Made by a program: the position numbers and the translations under genes. From an uncultured Chlamydiales bacterium (GTDB lineage Bacteria; Chlamydiota; Chlamydiia; Chlamydiales; JAAKFR01), in assembly GCA_963699155.1 (NCBI GenBank), contig OY969414.1:1899757-1963756 (forward strand): a stretch of 64,000 nt of DNA, read 5' to 3'. Under the pieces are notes generated by a model. The model was not told the DNA's origin. It searched no databases and saw nothing but the letters and a program-made list of their open reading frames with translations. Below, in pieces: positions 7,816-17,812 of this stretch; the first letter of the stretch is position 1; each line of letters opens with the position of its first letter.

Positions 7816-10179
7816 ATGGCACTGAATAAACGTTTCTTACTTTTGCTTTTTCTCTTGGTCCCTTGTCTAGTACGAGGGCAGCAGTTCGAATTGATGAGAG
7901 TCGCTAAAATCGATGTCATCGCCGAAAACCTCTCCCCCGACGTCACCTTCAATCCCAATCAGGTACGCGCCCGCATGCACACCAAAGTGGGAAGCTTTTT
8001 CTCACAGGCGGAGTTTGATAATGATCTCAAGATGCTCGCCAATGAGTATGACCGGATCGAGCCTTTTATCGACGTCATCAACAATGAACTCCACATCACC
8101 TTACAGATCTGGCTCAAACCGTGCATCCGCGATATCATCTTTGTAGGAAATGACCACTTCTCCACGAAAAAGCTCCAAAAGACTTTAGAGATCGAAGCAG
8201 GCTCCCTCTTTGAAAGGGAGAACTTCATTAAGGCATTCAACAAAATCCGCTTGATGTATGTCAAAAAGGGCTTTTTTGAAGCCGAGCTCGACTATGAGGT
8301 CATTCCTCTCGAAGGAAATCAGGTCGATATTCAGATCAATATCCGTGAAGGACGTTCAGGCAAGATTAAAGAGATCCGTTTCCAGGGGCTGTCGCCCGAT
8401 GAGGAAGATGCCCTCCTAGAGACCATGCTGACCAAAAAATACAATCTCCTCCTCAGCTGGTGGACAGGCAAGGGTCTCTACCATCCCGAGATGATCGAAC
8501 ATGATCGCCTCCAAGTCATCAACTACTTCCAGAATCATGGCTTTGCCGATGCACTCGTCGATATCCGTATCGAGGAGGCTCCTTCTGATGACCGGATCAT
8601 CCTCTGCATCACAGTGGAGAAGGGAATCTGTTATAACGTAGGCAACCTGGTGCTCTCCGGTAATTGCCTCTTTCCCAACGAGAAAATTTGGGAGCAGTTC
8701 ACCTTTGGCATCGGGAGTGTCTACTCCCCCGAAGAGCTACGCAACACGCTTCAGGCCATCAACGATCTTTATGGTGGCTGCGGCTACATCGACACCCATG
8801 TCGACTTCCAGTTGACCCTGCGCGAGGATTGCCCCACCTATGATATTGCTGTCAGCGTTGAAGAGGGCGAACAGTACTATGTCGGCCTCGTCAAAGTCTT
8901 CGGCAACTGTTACACCCAGACAAGAATCGTTTTACACGAATGCCTCCTCTGTCCGGGAGAGGTCTTCGATTTACGCAAACTGGAAGCGACTGAGATTCGC
9001 TTGATGAATACCGGCTATTTTGGTGTGGTCAACGTCTATGCGGTCCGCTCTCAGATCGACGATCCCGAAGGTTGCCGTAACTACCGTGACGTCTATATCG
9101 AAATCGAAGAGACCGATACAGGAAACCTCGGCCTTTTCTTCGGATTTAGCTCCCTCGATCGCATCTTCGGCGGTGTCGAGATCACCGAAAGGAACTTTAA
9201 TATCTGTGGATTACCGGGAGTGTTCAAAAATGGGCCTTCAGCCTTGCGCGGTGCCGGTGAATTTGCAAACGCCAAAATCAATATCGGGGATCGCCAAACC
9301 AGCTACATCGCACAATGGACCAAACCCTACTTCCTCGATACGCCATGGATTTTTGGGATTGACTTGGAAAAAAATGATAACCGTGCCCTTTCAAAGGCCT
9401 ATGAGCTCACGACCTATGGCGGCAACGTCCATGCCACTTACATTCTCAATGCCTTTTTGAAGTATGATGTCTACTATAGAGCCCGCCACACCCATGTCTC
9501 GATACGCCACGATGACGAGAATTCTTTGCTCGAGAAAGAGGGCAACAATGATGGCTTCATTTCTGCCGTCGGCAACATGCTGATCTATGACTCTACCAAC
9601 AGTCCACGCCGTGCTTCTTGTGGCTTCAGATCTCGCTTGCTTTATGAGCTCGCAGGTGTCGGTGGCAAATTCCATTTCATGAAATTTGCTTACTTGAATG
9701 CCTATTATTATCCTCTCTTCCCTAAAGGAACCTTGAAGTTCCGTGGTGAGCTCCAATTCATCAAAACCTATGGTGGCACACGGCCCAAAACCATGCCCTT
9801 GAGCGAAAGACTCTTCTTAGGCGGTGAAACGACGGTGCGCGGCTATCGACCCTTCATCATCGGTCCTAAGTTTGCAAATAATGAGCCACGCGGTGGTGTC
9901 TCCTCGCTCTTGCTCTCGGAAGAATTTCAGTACAATATTTTGCCAGCCCCTTGCTTAGATGCCTTCGTCTTCGTCGATGCCGGTTATGTCTCTCTGAGCG
10001 AATTCACCCTTGGAAAGCCCTCAGCTGCTTATGGTATCGGGATCCGGGTCGAGATCATGCGCAATATGCCCATCATGCTCGGCTACGGCTGGCCACTCCA
10101 TAGGAAAGAGAGAGATGCTCGCGGGCGTGAGGATGATATTACGCAAAGGTTCTTCTTCGCCATGGGGGGCACATTCTAG
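7816..10179 (+). CDS. bamA: Outer membrane protein assembly factor BamA (Omp85)
   Basis: Signal peptide, POTRA repeats, VRGY motif, C-terminal F. Confidence 0.95.
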   Translation: MALNKRFLLLLFLLVPCLVRGQQFELMRVAKIDVIAENLSPDVTFNPNQVRARMHTKVGSFFSQAEFDNDLKMLANEYDRIEPFIDVINNELHITLQIWLKPCIRDIIFVGNDHFSTKKLQKTLEIEAGSLFERENFIKAFNKIRLMYVKKGFFEAELDYEVIPLEGNQVDIQINIREGRSGKIKEIRFQGLSPDEEDALLETMLTKKYNLLLSWWTGKGLYHPEMIEHDRLQVINYFQNHGFADALVDIRIEEAPSDDRIILCITVEKGICYNVGNLVLSGNCLFPNEKIWEQFTFGIGSVYSPEELRNTLQAINDLYGGCGYIDTHVDFQLTLREDCPTYDIAVSVEEGEQYYVGLVKVFGNCYTQTRIVLHECLLCPGEVFDLRKLEATEIRLMNTGYFGVVNVYAVRSQIDDPEGCRNYRDVYIEIEETDTGNLGLFFGFSSLDRIFGGVEITERNFNICGLPGVFKNGPSALRGAGEFANAKINIGDRQTSYIAQWTKPYFLDTPWIFGIDLEKNDNRALSKAYELTTYGGNVHATYILNAFLKYDVYYRARHTHVSIRHDDENSLLEKEGNNDGFISAVGNMLIYDSTNSPRRASCGFRSRLLYELAGVGGKFHFMKFAYLNAYYYPLFPKGTLKFRGELQFIKTYGGTRPKTMPLSERLFLGGETTVRGYRPFIIGPKFANNEPRGGVSSLLLSEEFQYNILPAPCLDAFVFVDAGYVSLSEFTLGKPSAAYGIGIRVEIMRNMPIMLGYGWPLHRKERDARGREDDITQRFFFAMGGTF

Positions 10180-10221
10180 AAAATGGACAAAAATCACACC
10201 TTTCAATGAAGGAAGTTTTTT

Positions 10222-10758
10222 ATGAAGAAAATCGTACCTATAATTGTCATTGCTGCGCTTTCATTTTGCTTGGGCAAAGTGAACGGAGCAGAGTTTAAAG
10301 TTGGCTTTGTCAACTTCAAAACCTGTATCGAAAAATCGAAGCAAGGGCAGCAAGAGAAAAATAATTTCGAAGCGATGAAAAAGCAGATGTCCGATGCTCT
10401 TGAAAAAACAGACAAAGAGCTGGAAGAGATCGCGAAAAAATTGGAAGACCAAGATTATATGGATGGTCTCTCCCCTGCCGCTGAAGATGAACTCAAACAG
10501 AAATTTCAAGTGTTGAGTCAAGATTATGCGCGCTATCAGAATCAGTTCTATCAGCTGCTGAACCAAGCTAACTACAAAATGCTTCAAGCGATGCATGATG
10601 AGGTCAGCCATGCTGCTGAGAAGGTACGTGAACAAAATGGCCTCTCACTGCTCCTGAACGAGGATTCCACATTTGCCCATGTGACCACTCTCGACTTCAC
10701 CCATGCTGTGATTGAGCAGATGGACAAACAGTTTGATTCTGAAATTGCTAAAAATTAA
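10222..10758 (+). CDS. skp: OmpH/Skp periplasmic chaperone
   Basis: Signal peptide, KVGFVNF, coiled coil; lies between bamA and lpxD. Confidence 0.9.
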   Translation: MKKIVPIIVIAALSFCLGKVNGAEFKVGFVNFKTCIEKSKQGQQEKNNFEAMKKQMSDALEKTDKELEEIAKKLEDQDYMDGLSPAAEDELKQKFQVLSQDYARYQNQFYQLLNQANYKMLQAMHDEVSHAAEKVREQNGLSLLLNEDSTFAHVTTLDFTHAVIEQMDKQFDSEIAKN

Positions 10759-10770
10759 GCAGAATCAAGC

Positions 10771-11832
10771 ATGAAGTCCTATACTCTCAAAGAGCTCGCA
10801 GCCCTTACGGGAGCCCAATTAGTGGGGAATCCCGACCATCGCATTTTGGGAGTAGAGAATTTAGAGGCGGCCCAATCAGATGAGGCCGCCTTTCTCGAAA
10901 ATTCACGCTATGAAAAGCAGGCTGAGTCGACACAAGCGGGAGTGATCTTTGTCACTCCCAGCTTGACTCTCCTGCCCAGCAAAAATTATCTCGTGACCGA
11001 CCAGCCCTCGCTCACTTTCCAGAAGGTCATCGAGCTATTTATTCCCCAGCCCGCTTCAGCCTATACTGGGATCCATCCCACAGCGGTCATCCACCCCTCC
11101 GCTCAGATTGGGGAAGGGGTCTCTATCGGTCCCTTTGTTGTCATCGACCAAGGGGCCATCATCGGCGCACGCACAACTCTCAGCGCCCATGTCTATGTGG
11201 GAGCTGAAACTGCGATCGGATCTGATTGCTACCTCCATCCCCGTGTGACTGTCCGCGAACGCTGCCAGATCGGCAACCGTGTGACGATCCAACCTGGAGC
11301 AGTTATAGGCTCCTGCGGATTTGGCTATCACACAGACCCCAAAGGGAAACATACCTTCTTACGTCAGCTAGGCAGAGTCATCGTCGAAGATGATGTCGAT
11401 ATCGGTGCCAACACGACCATCGATCGTGCCCGCTTCAAAGAGACCCGCATCTGCCGCGGCACAAAAATTGATAACCTCGTCCAGATCGCACACCAGGTCG
11501 AACTCGGCGAAGATAATCTCATTGTCTCCCAAGTCGGTATCGCCGGCTCGTCCAAAACTGGCCGTTGCGTCATCATGGGTGGCCAAGTCGGCATCGCCGG
11601 CCACCTCAGTATTACCGATGGCGTGATGATCGGCGCCCAAGCAGGCGTCAGCAAATCCCTCCAGCAACCCGGTGTCTACCAAGGCAGCCCCGCAGCTCCC
11701 ATCAAGGAGGCCTACACCCAGATCGCCCACCTCCGCAATCTCGGCAAACTAATCGCCCGCCTGAAAGAGATCGAATTCAAAATCCACGCCTTCGAAAACT
11801 CTGACTTCATCAAAAACCTCACGAAGGAGTAA
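10771..11832 (+). CDS. lpxD: UDP-3-O-(3-hydroxyacyl)glucosamine N-acyltransferase
   Basis: Hexapeptide repeats, IGANTTIDR, TKIDNLVQIAH. Confidence 0.95.
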   Translation: MKSYTLKELAALTGAQLVGNPDHRILGVENLEAAQSDEAAFLENSRYEKQAESTQAGVIFVTPSLTLLPSKNYLVTDQPSLTFQKVIELFIPQPASAYTGIHPTAVIHPSAQIGEGVSIGPFVVIDQGAIIGARTTLSAHVYVGAETAIGSDCYLHPRVTVRERCQIGNRVTIQPGAVIGSCGFGYHTDPKGKHTFLRQLGRVIVEDDVDIGANTTIDRARFKETRICRGTKIDNLVQIAHQVELGEDNLIVSQVGIAGSSKTGRCVIMGGQVGIAGHLSITDGVMIGAQAGVSKSLQQPGVYQGSPAAPIKEAYTQIAHLRNLGKLIARLKEIEFKIHAFENSDFIKNLTKE

Positions 11833-12887
11833 AGGATCTCGTGGCTCCAGCACCTTCTATTAGCCCTCATCAACCGCTAAATCTGACACTCTCTCCTGAC
11901 GCCGCTACACAGAATTGGCAACTGCCTGAAATCATGGTAACCATTTTTGAACGTCTCTCAGGACGTACCCTCGTTCACTGCCAGCGTGTTTGCAGAGGCT
12001 GGCACACGATCCTCACCGAACAAAAATTTGTGATCCGTATCGAAGCTGTTGAACAGGTCGTTTGGGTCAAAGGAATCCTACGTTCAAAGGTTGCAGCCGT
12101 CCCGATGCTCTATTTCATCCTCCTTCTCAAAGTGGCTCATGCTGAAAGAGCCACCGAAGAGAACCCTGAAGCTACTCATCAAGAGCTGAAAGAAATATTA
12201 AAGAATCATGTTCAACAGATAGGTTCGCCACACTTATTAACCAAACTCCTGGAATTGTGTTCAATCTGGTCGGTTGAAGATCGGGATGAGATCGAAAATA
12301 GAGCTGTGGCCCTTTCGCAAAACTGGCCCTCCCAGCCTGGTTATGAACCTAATGATGCATTTTCAGAATCCCTCTATTTTGCAAAATATCTGGCAAAATT
12401 AAGACCTGAGCTAGGAAAGGCTCTCTTCACACAAGTAGAGCAAAAATTTAACCCCAACGGTATCTGGCATTTTCTCTTTCTCAGAGAGCAGTTAATGGTT
12501 GACCCAGAGGCGGCAAAATCAGCGATAGAGCGTACCAAAAGAGATTGCCATTCTCTTGACCCAGAGCAGCTCTGCATCCTGCTAATTCTGATCGCCTCTC
12601 TTGAAAAATTCTGAGACCCAGAGTTGGGTAAACAGACCCTTCAGGAAGCTCAAACACTACTCCCTCTCTTCGAGGGAAAAGCGAAATTTTTCTTATCATA
12701 TCTTCTTGCAAAAGTGGAACATGACTACCAATTAGCTTCTGCTTCTGAAACCTTAAAAGAGGCAAACGCGCTCTTATCTCAACTTGAACTTACTGGCGAA
12801 TACGCAAAATGTTTAAGAATTGCCACTCAGATAGATGGAGCCGCCGCCCAAGAATTAGCCTCTGGACTCATGGGGAGTATCCCCTTT

Positions 12888-14302
12888 TATACTGCCACCG
12901 AGAACATTGGACACGGATTTGCGATATACTTAATCGCAAAACCAAGGAGATCCAACATGGAAGAAGGTGGTCAAATCAAACGATGGACCGCGGCACGTAA
13001 GATTGAAGTTGTCTTACGTCTATTAAAAGGAGAGTCCATCGATAAACTAAGTCGAGAACTCGGTGTAGAGGCTTATTTAATCGAAGAATGGCATTCAAAA
13101 GCAATTCAGGGCATGGAAGTGGGATTAAAAATGCGTTCCGAAGACCCTGTTCAACATGAATTAGACCATGCTAAGAAACGCCTGGGAGAGCTCATGATGG
13201 AAAACGAGCTCTTGCAGATAAAGGCCAACAAAGCACCGGGTTTTCGTATGGGGAGGTCCAAGAAATGAGCGAGAAGATCTCTCCTTCAACCCATCTTAAA
13301 TATGGTGTAGAATTAGTTTGTACAGTGTGGAAGTTTCCTCGCTCATCTTTCTATCATAATAGAAAGCGGCCATATAAACCTAAGGGGCTTCGAGGAAAAA
13401 AGCCGACCCTCTCAGACAATGATCTATTGGAGGCCATCAAAAAAGACATATCCGAAAGCCACTTTCAAGGAGAAGGACATCGAAAAATACATGCTCGATT
13501 AAAACGCTTCAAGAAACTAAATATTGGGCGGAATCGAGTTTTGAAGCTAATGAGAGAGCATAAAATGCTCTCTCCGTATCGCGTTGAACAGGGAAAAGAA
13601 CGCCTACATGATGGACGCATTACAACAGACCGCCCCAATGAAATGTGGGGTACAGATGCCGCTAAGATTTTCACCCTCGAAGATGGGTGGGTGTGGTTTT
13701 TCGGAGTAATTGAACATTGGAATGCTGAATGTCTAGGGTGGCATGTCACAAAGAAAGGAAGTCGATTTGCTGCAATAGAAGCCTTAAATAAGGCTGTTGA
13801 GGTTGTTTTTAGCAAAACATCCTCTAATGTGGCTCGTGGGGTCAGTTTACGAGTAGATCATGGCTCTCAATTTATGTCAGAAGGCTTTATTAACCAAACA
13901 CGGTACTGGGGCATAAGTATAAGCAAGGGCTTTGTGAAGGAGCCTGAAACCAACGGGGTGATAGAAAGGTTTCACAGAACATTTAAGGAGCAGATTGTAC
14001 ACGGTAGGCATTATCATGGCCTAGAAGACTTTAGGAAGGCTGTAGCAGAGTTCATTAAGTCGTACAATGAACACTGGCTTTTAGAAAAGCTAGATTATCA
14101 CTCCCCTCTGGAAGCCAGGGAGTTATATTCCAAAGAACACCCTTCTGAACAAATTTTATCGGCGTTAGCTGAGGTTGGAGAGGGAGCACGGCTACTTTGT
14201 TCTGGCAAGGATATGATAGCAAAAACTGAGAATTTTAGAATAATTTTAAAGCGACGGAAGAAATTTACGCAAATTTGTGTCCAAAGAAATGGTGGCGATA
14301 CA
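12888..14302 (+). mobile_element. IS3-family element, 1415 bp, 5'-TA...CA-3', with 14-bp direct repeats
   Basis: IRL TATACTGCCACC..TTGGACAC; IRR reverse complement TGTATCGCCACC..TTGGACAC. GGAGTATCCCCTTT at 12874-12887 and 14303-14316. The second copy starts with the same left end at 62819. Confidence 0.9.
12957..13268 (+). CDS. IS3-family OrfA (HTH)
   Basis: AAGGAG RBS. Identical to ORF 62888-63199. Confidence 0.85.
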   Translation: MEEGGQIKRWTAARKIEVVLRLLKGESIDKLSRELGVEAYLIEEWHSKAIQGMEVGLKMRSEDPVQHELDHAKKRLGELMMENELLQIKANKAPGFRMGRSKK

Positions 14303-14437
14303 GGAGTATCCCCTTTAGCTTTGATGGGTATCCTACAAATAAAGCTCTTTTTGAATTTGTATGGCGTAGCAATCCTGCTGAAGCAAAAGAGGCCTTATTC
14401 AAGTTTAAGCAGGTCTTTTCTCAAAAGGCTGAAGTAG
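13265..14437 (+). CDS. IS3-family OrfB DDE transposase (reads through IRR)
   Basis: rve core WGTD...VDHGSQF...NGVIERFHRT. ATGA overlap with orfA. Confidence 0.9.
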   Translation: MSEKISPSTHLKYGVELVCTVWKFPRSSFYHNRKRPYKPKGLRGKKPTLSDNDLLEAIKKDISESHFQGEGHRKIHARLKRFKKLNIGRNRVLKLMREHKMLSPYRVEQGKERLHDGRITTDRPNEMWGTDAAKIFTLEDGWVWFFGVIEHWNAECLGWHVTKKGSRFAAIEALNKAVEVVFSKTSSNVARGVSLRVDHGSQFMSEGFINQTRYWGISISKGFVKEPETNGVIERFHRTFKEQIVHGRHYHGLEDFRKAVAEFIKSYNEHWLLEKLDYHSPLEARELYSKEHPSEQILSALAEVGEGARLLCSGKDMIAKTENFRIILKRRKKFTQICVQRNGGDTGVSPLALMGILQIKLFLNLYGVAILLKQKRPYSSLSRSFLKRLK

Positions 14438-14567
14438 AACAAAACTTCTTGGAATTTGTTACTTATCTTTTCCGCTTCTACAACCCTTCCATTCCAGAAA
14501 ATTGGGAATATTCAACTCCCCATAATGCTTTTTCGCTTTTTTCTATTTAACGCAAGCCGAGCTGGCG

Positions 14568-15584
14568 TTATTTAAAAAAGTAGGATTTGATGATGAGGGC
14601 TTTCATAACGTGGCGGTCTAGGGCGGCATCGGAAAGCTTGCCACTGTCGACGAGGCTGACAAGGGTGGAAATCGCATCGGAGATGTTGGTGGAGCAGAGG
14701 AAGACATCGTAGAGCTGTTTAAATGCGGTGAGGAGCTCTTTTTCGAGATTTTCAGAAGGGGTGGAGGTGGCGTCGAAGAAGGTGAAGGTTTTGAAATTGA
14801 TCGTCTCTTGGACTTGGCCATTCTGGAAGGCCCCTTCTTGGAAAGAGAGGATATTGATCCCACTTTTGGTGGGGCTGCTCTCGGGCAGGGCAATTTTTTC
14901 TTTGCCGACGATACCATGGGCATTGCGAATCCCAAGACGGAAGGCTTTTGCCTCTTCTTCTGTCATGGGGAGGCCAGCCTCTCCACGCTCACGATCAAAC
15001 TGGATCTGGACGCCGAGTCTGCGGTTTTGCACCGTGACCGCTTTCCCCAAATCATTGTAGTGCTGCTGCGAGGGGCTATTGGGGAAGGGGTCGCCCTGTA
15101 GATAGAAAGAGAGCCCATGCTTGAAATCATTGGCAAAGAGAAGAGCGGTTTTTGAAAGCTGCTGGTAGTGCTCGATGAGATAGGCCTGGCGCCGATACTC
15201 CCCCTTATGAAAGAGAATTCCACCAATCTGCCACGCTTGGATCAGCAGCTCCACATCTCGCTGCAAATCGGTGTCATAGATCGCATCGGTAACCAAAAAG
15301 AAGAGTTGGGCTGCCTTCTCGTCCAGGGTGGTCAATTTTTGGAAGAGAGCCTGGGCTCTTTCCAACAGGGCACGATCGGCATAGACGCCTGTACGTTCAC
15401 TTTTGGCAGGGTTTTTTTCGGGAGTGTGTGGCTGAAAAGGGAGCTCCTCTTCGGTTTCCTCCCAAGCTCTACCCTGGTATTGGACCTTTTTTTTCTTCCC
15501 ATCCCGCGCATCTTCTTCTTGTCGATCGCCGTCGGTGGGTTGAACTCTCTGCATAGGGTGGCTGTATTGTGGACCGAAGATCAT
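14568..15584 (-). CDS. Hypothetical protein (338 aa)
   Basis: Long ORF with AAGGAG RBS. No recognised domain. Confidence 0.7.
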   Translation of the reverse strand: MIFGPQYSHPMQRVQPTDGDRQEEDARDGKKKKVQYQGRAWEETEEELPFQPHTPEKNPAKSERTGVYADRALLERAQALFQKLTTLDEKAAQLFFLVTDAIYDTDLQRDVELLIQAWQIGGILFHKGEYRRQAYLIEHYQQLSKTALLFANDFKHGLSFYLQGDPFPNSPSQQHYNDLGKAVTVQNRRLGVQIQFDRERGEAGLPMTEEEAKAFRLGIRNAHGIVGKEKIALPESSPTKSGINILSFQEGAFQNGQVQETINFKTFTFFDATSTPSENLEKELLTAFKQLYDVFLCSTNISDAISTLVSLVDSGKLSDAALDRHVMKALIIKSYFFK

Positions 15585-15803
15585 ACTCTACTCCTTAAAA
15601 CAATTATTATTATAGCATAGAAACATTAAGCCTGTATTAAGAGCGTTCTCATCATTTTTTGCAACGGAATGGTGAAAATTTCCCATCTCACAGAGGGTAA
15701 AGGAGAAAAAAATTCCTAGCTATATTAAAGGTGGGGTTAATGGACCATTACTGAAAATGGTCCGACTTGAATTTTAGATTTGTACCAACTAAGATAACAG
15801 GAT

Positions 15804-16802
15804 ATGTCAAGAGAGGAAGAGGCTTTAAAAATCTTAAAGAGGATCGGAAAAGAGAGGGCGCTCGCGGCTCTGCAATCGATGCTGACCATCCGCCATTTTG
15901 AAGTGCGTGGAGAGTCAGCTTATCAACATGGACTTGTGGGGGGCTTTTATCACGCCTACACAGGACAAGAGGCGATCCAAGTCGCGGCTGTCCAGGTTTT
16001 CGGAGCCAAGAACTGGTGGATTGCCACCTATCGCTGCCATGCGCTGGCGCTTCTCCTGGGGGCTACACCCAAAGAGTTGATGGCCGAGCTCTATGGAAGA
16101 GCTAATGGCAATGCGAAAGGGCGTGGCGGCTCTATGCATCTCTATACGGACCGTCTTCTGGGGGGCTTTGCCATCGTGGGCGGCCATCTCCCGATCGCTG
16201 CTGGAGCCGCTTTTTCGATCAAATATCAGAAACAGGATGGACAGTTCGCTCTCTGCTTTTTAGGCGATGGAGCCGTAGCTCAAGGCGCTTTTCATGAGTC
16301 TCTCAATCTCGCCTCTCTCTGGAACCTGCCTGTGATCTACATCATCGAGAATAATCAGTGGGGAATGGGTACCCATGTGAGCCGCGCTCTCAGCGTGTCG
16401 GAGCGTATCGCGGAGCGGTTGGCCCCTAGCTATAACATGAAGGGCTATACTCTCGATGGAATGAACTACTTTGAGTGCTATGAGGGATTCGAGAAGATCC
16501 GCGAAGAGGCATTGGCCACTTCACGGCCAATACTTGTCGAATGTGTCTGCGAACGGTTTAAGGGCCATTCGATCTCCGATCCCGGCCTCTACCGCACCAA
16601 AGAAGAGCTCCAACAGGTCATGAAACATGATCCTATCGCCTACCTACAGTTGATTCTCGAGCAAGGCAAGATGTTGACACCGGAAGAGTTCAAGGAGATG
16701 GACAAAGAGGCTAAATCGACGATCTTAGAGGCGATGGACTTTGCCGACAAGAGCCCCTGGCCCTCCCCTGCCACACTCGAGGAGGATGTCTATGCCCCCT
16801 AG
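15804..16802 (+). CDS. pdhA: Pyruvate dehydrogenase E1 alpha
   Basis: GRGGSMH, GDGA...N TPP motif, GHSISDP. Confidence 0.95.
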   Translation: MSREEEALKILKRIGKERALAALQSMLTIRHFEVRGESAYQHGLVGGFYHAYTGQEAIQVAAVQVFGAKNWWIATYRCHALALLLGATPKELMAELYGRANGNAKGRGGSMHLYTDRLLGGFAIVGGHLPIAAGAAFSIKYQKQDGQFALCFLGDGAVAQGAFHESLNLASLWNLPVIYIIENNQWGMGTHVSRALSVSERIAERLAPSYNMKGYTLDGMNYFECYEGFEKIREEALATSRPILVECVCERFKGHSISDPGLYRTKEELQQVMKHDPIAYLQLILEQGKMLTPEEFKEMDKEAKSTILEAMDFADKSPWPSPATLEEDVYAP

Positions 16803-17802
16803 CGAGCAAAAAAGTCAGCAGACGGGTTGGCAAACTGTCGAAATGCGCGAGGCGCTCCGCCAGGCGATCGATGAAGAGATGACCCGCGACCCTGCCGTCT
16901 TCGTAATGGGAGAAGAGGTCGCCGAATACAATGGGGCTTACAAGGTAACCAAAGGTCTTCTCGATAAGTGGGGTGCCGGACGTGTCATCGACACGCCGAT
17001 CTCAGAAATGGGCTTTGCTGGCCTTGGCATTGGAGCTGCGCTAACTGGTTTACGGCCCATTGTCGAATTTATGAGCTGGAATTTTGCTTTTGTGGGGTGT
17101 GATCAGATCATCTCCAATGCGGCGAAGATGCACTACATGTCGGGTGGCCGCTTTTCTGTGCCGATCGTATTCCGCGGGCCCAATGGAGCTGCAGTCCAGG
17201 TTTCGAGCCAACACTCTCACTGTGTCGAAGCCTTCTACAGCAACTGGCCAGGATTGATCGTCATCGTCCCCAGTAACCCTTATGACGCTAAAGGCCTCCT
17301 CAAATCGGCGATTCGCAACAACAACCCCGTCCTCTTTTTAGAAAATGAGCTCGACTATGGCATGAAGATGGAGATTCCGACTGCCGAGTATCTCGTGCCG
17401 ATCGGGAAGGCCAAGGTAGTACAAGAGGGGTCTGATCTCACTGTGATCACGCATGGCCGGATGGTCAACGTCTGCCACGAGGTAGTCCGACGTTTCGCTG
17501 CTGAAAAAATCTCCATCGAATTGATCGATCTCAGGACCATCAAACCGCTCGACACCTCTACACTCTTGCACTCCGTTCAAAAAACGGGTCGATGCGTAGT
17601 TGTCGAAGAGGGACACTACTTTGCCGGGATCACTGCAGAGGTGGGATTTGAAATTCAAGAATTCTGTTTCGACTATCTCGATGCTCCCCTCACACGAGTC
17701 TGTCAGAGGGAAACTCCGATGCCCTATTCGAAAGGTTTAGAAGCCGCAACTCTCCCTAATGCAGAGCGCATCACTGATGCCATCCGAAAAACGCTAAAAT
17801 AA
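16792..17802 (+). CDS. pdhB: Pyruvate dehydrogenase E1 beta
   Basis: MGEEVAEYNGAYKVT, DTPISE, QHSH. ATG at 16792 follows GGAGG. Confidence 0.95.
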   Translation: MPPSEQKSQQTGWQTVEMREALRQAIDEEMTRDPAVFVMGEEVAEYNGAYKVTKGLLDKWGAGRVIDTPISEMGFAGLGIGAALTGLRPIVEFMSWNFAFVGCDQIISNAAKMHYMSGGRFSVPIVFRGPNGAAVQVSSQHSHCVEAFYSNWPGLIVIVPSNPYDAKGLLKSAIRNNNPVLFLENELDYGMKMEIPTAEYLVPIGKAKVVQEGSDLTVITHGRMVNVCHEVVRRFAAEKISIELIDLRTIKPLDTSTLLHSVQKTGRCVVVEEGHYFAGITAEVGFEIQEFCFDYLDAPLTRVCQRETPMPYSKGLEAATLPNAERITDAIRKTLK

Positions 17803-17812
17803 GAAGTGAGTT

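Larger units (their letters stand above)
11841..14550 (+). pseudogene. F-box protein gene broken by an in-frame TGA (12612-12614) and an IS3-family insertion
   Basis: F-box motif LPEIMVTIFERLSGRTLVHCQRVCRGW. Frame continues past the TGA (DPELGK) and rejoins after the IS (MGSIPF|SFDGYP) to a stop at 14550. Confidence 0.8.

Noticed and set aside
12612..12614. In-frame TGA as selenocysteine or recoded Trp
   Set aside because: TGA terminates several core genes here, the context is not a redox motif, and the gene is also IS-disrupted.
12624..13268. 214-aa ORF as a genuine gene
   Set aside because: It is a chance in-frame fusion of the F-box remnant to IS orfA; orfA has its own RBS and ATG at 12957.
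15637..15653. TTAAGAGCGTTCTCAT resembling the 2098-2114 repeat arm
   Set aside because: Too short, and no partner end was found to call a MITE.
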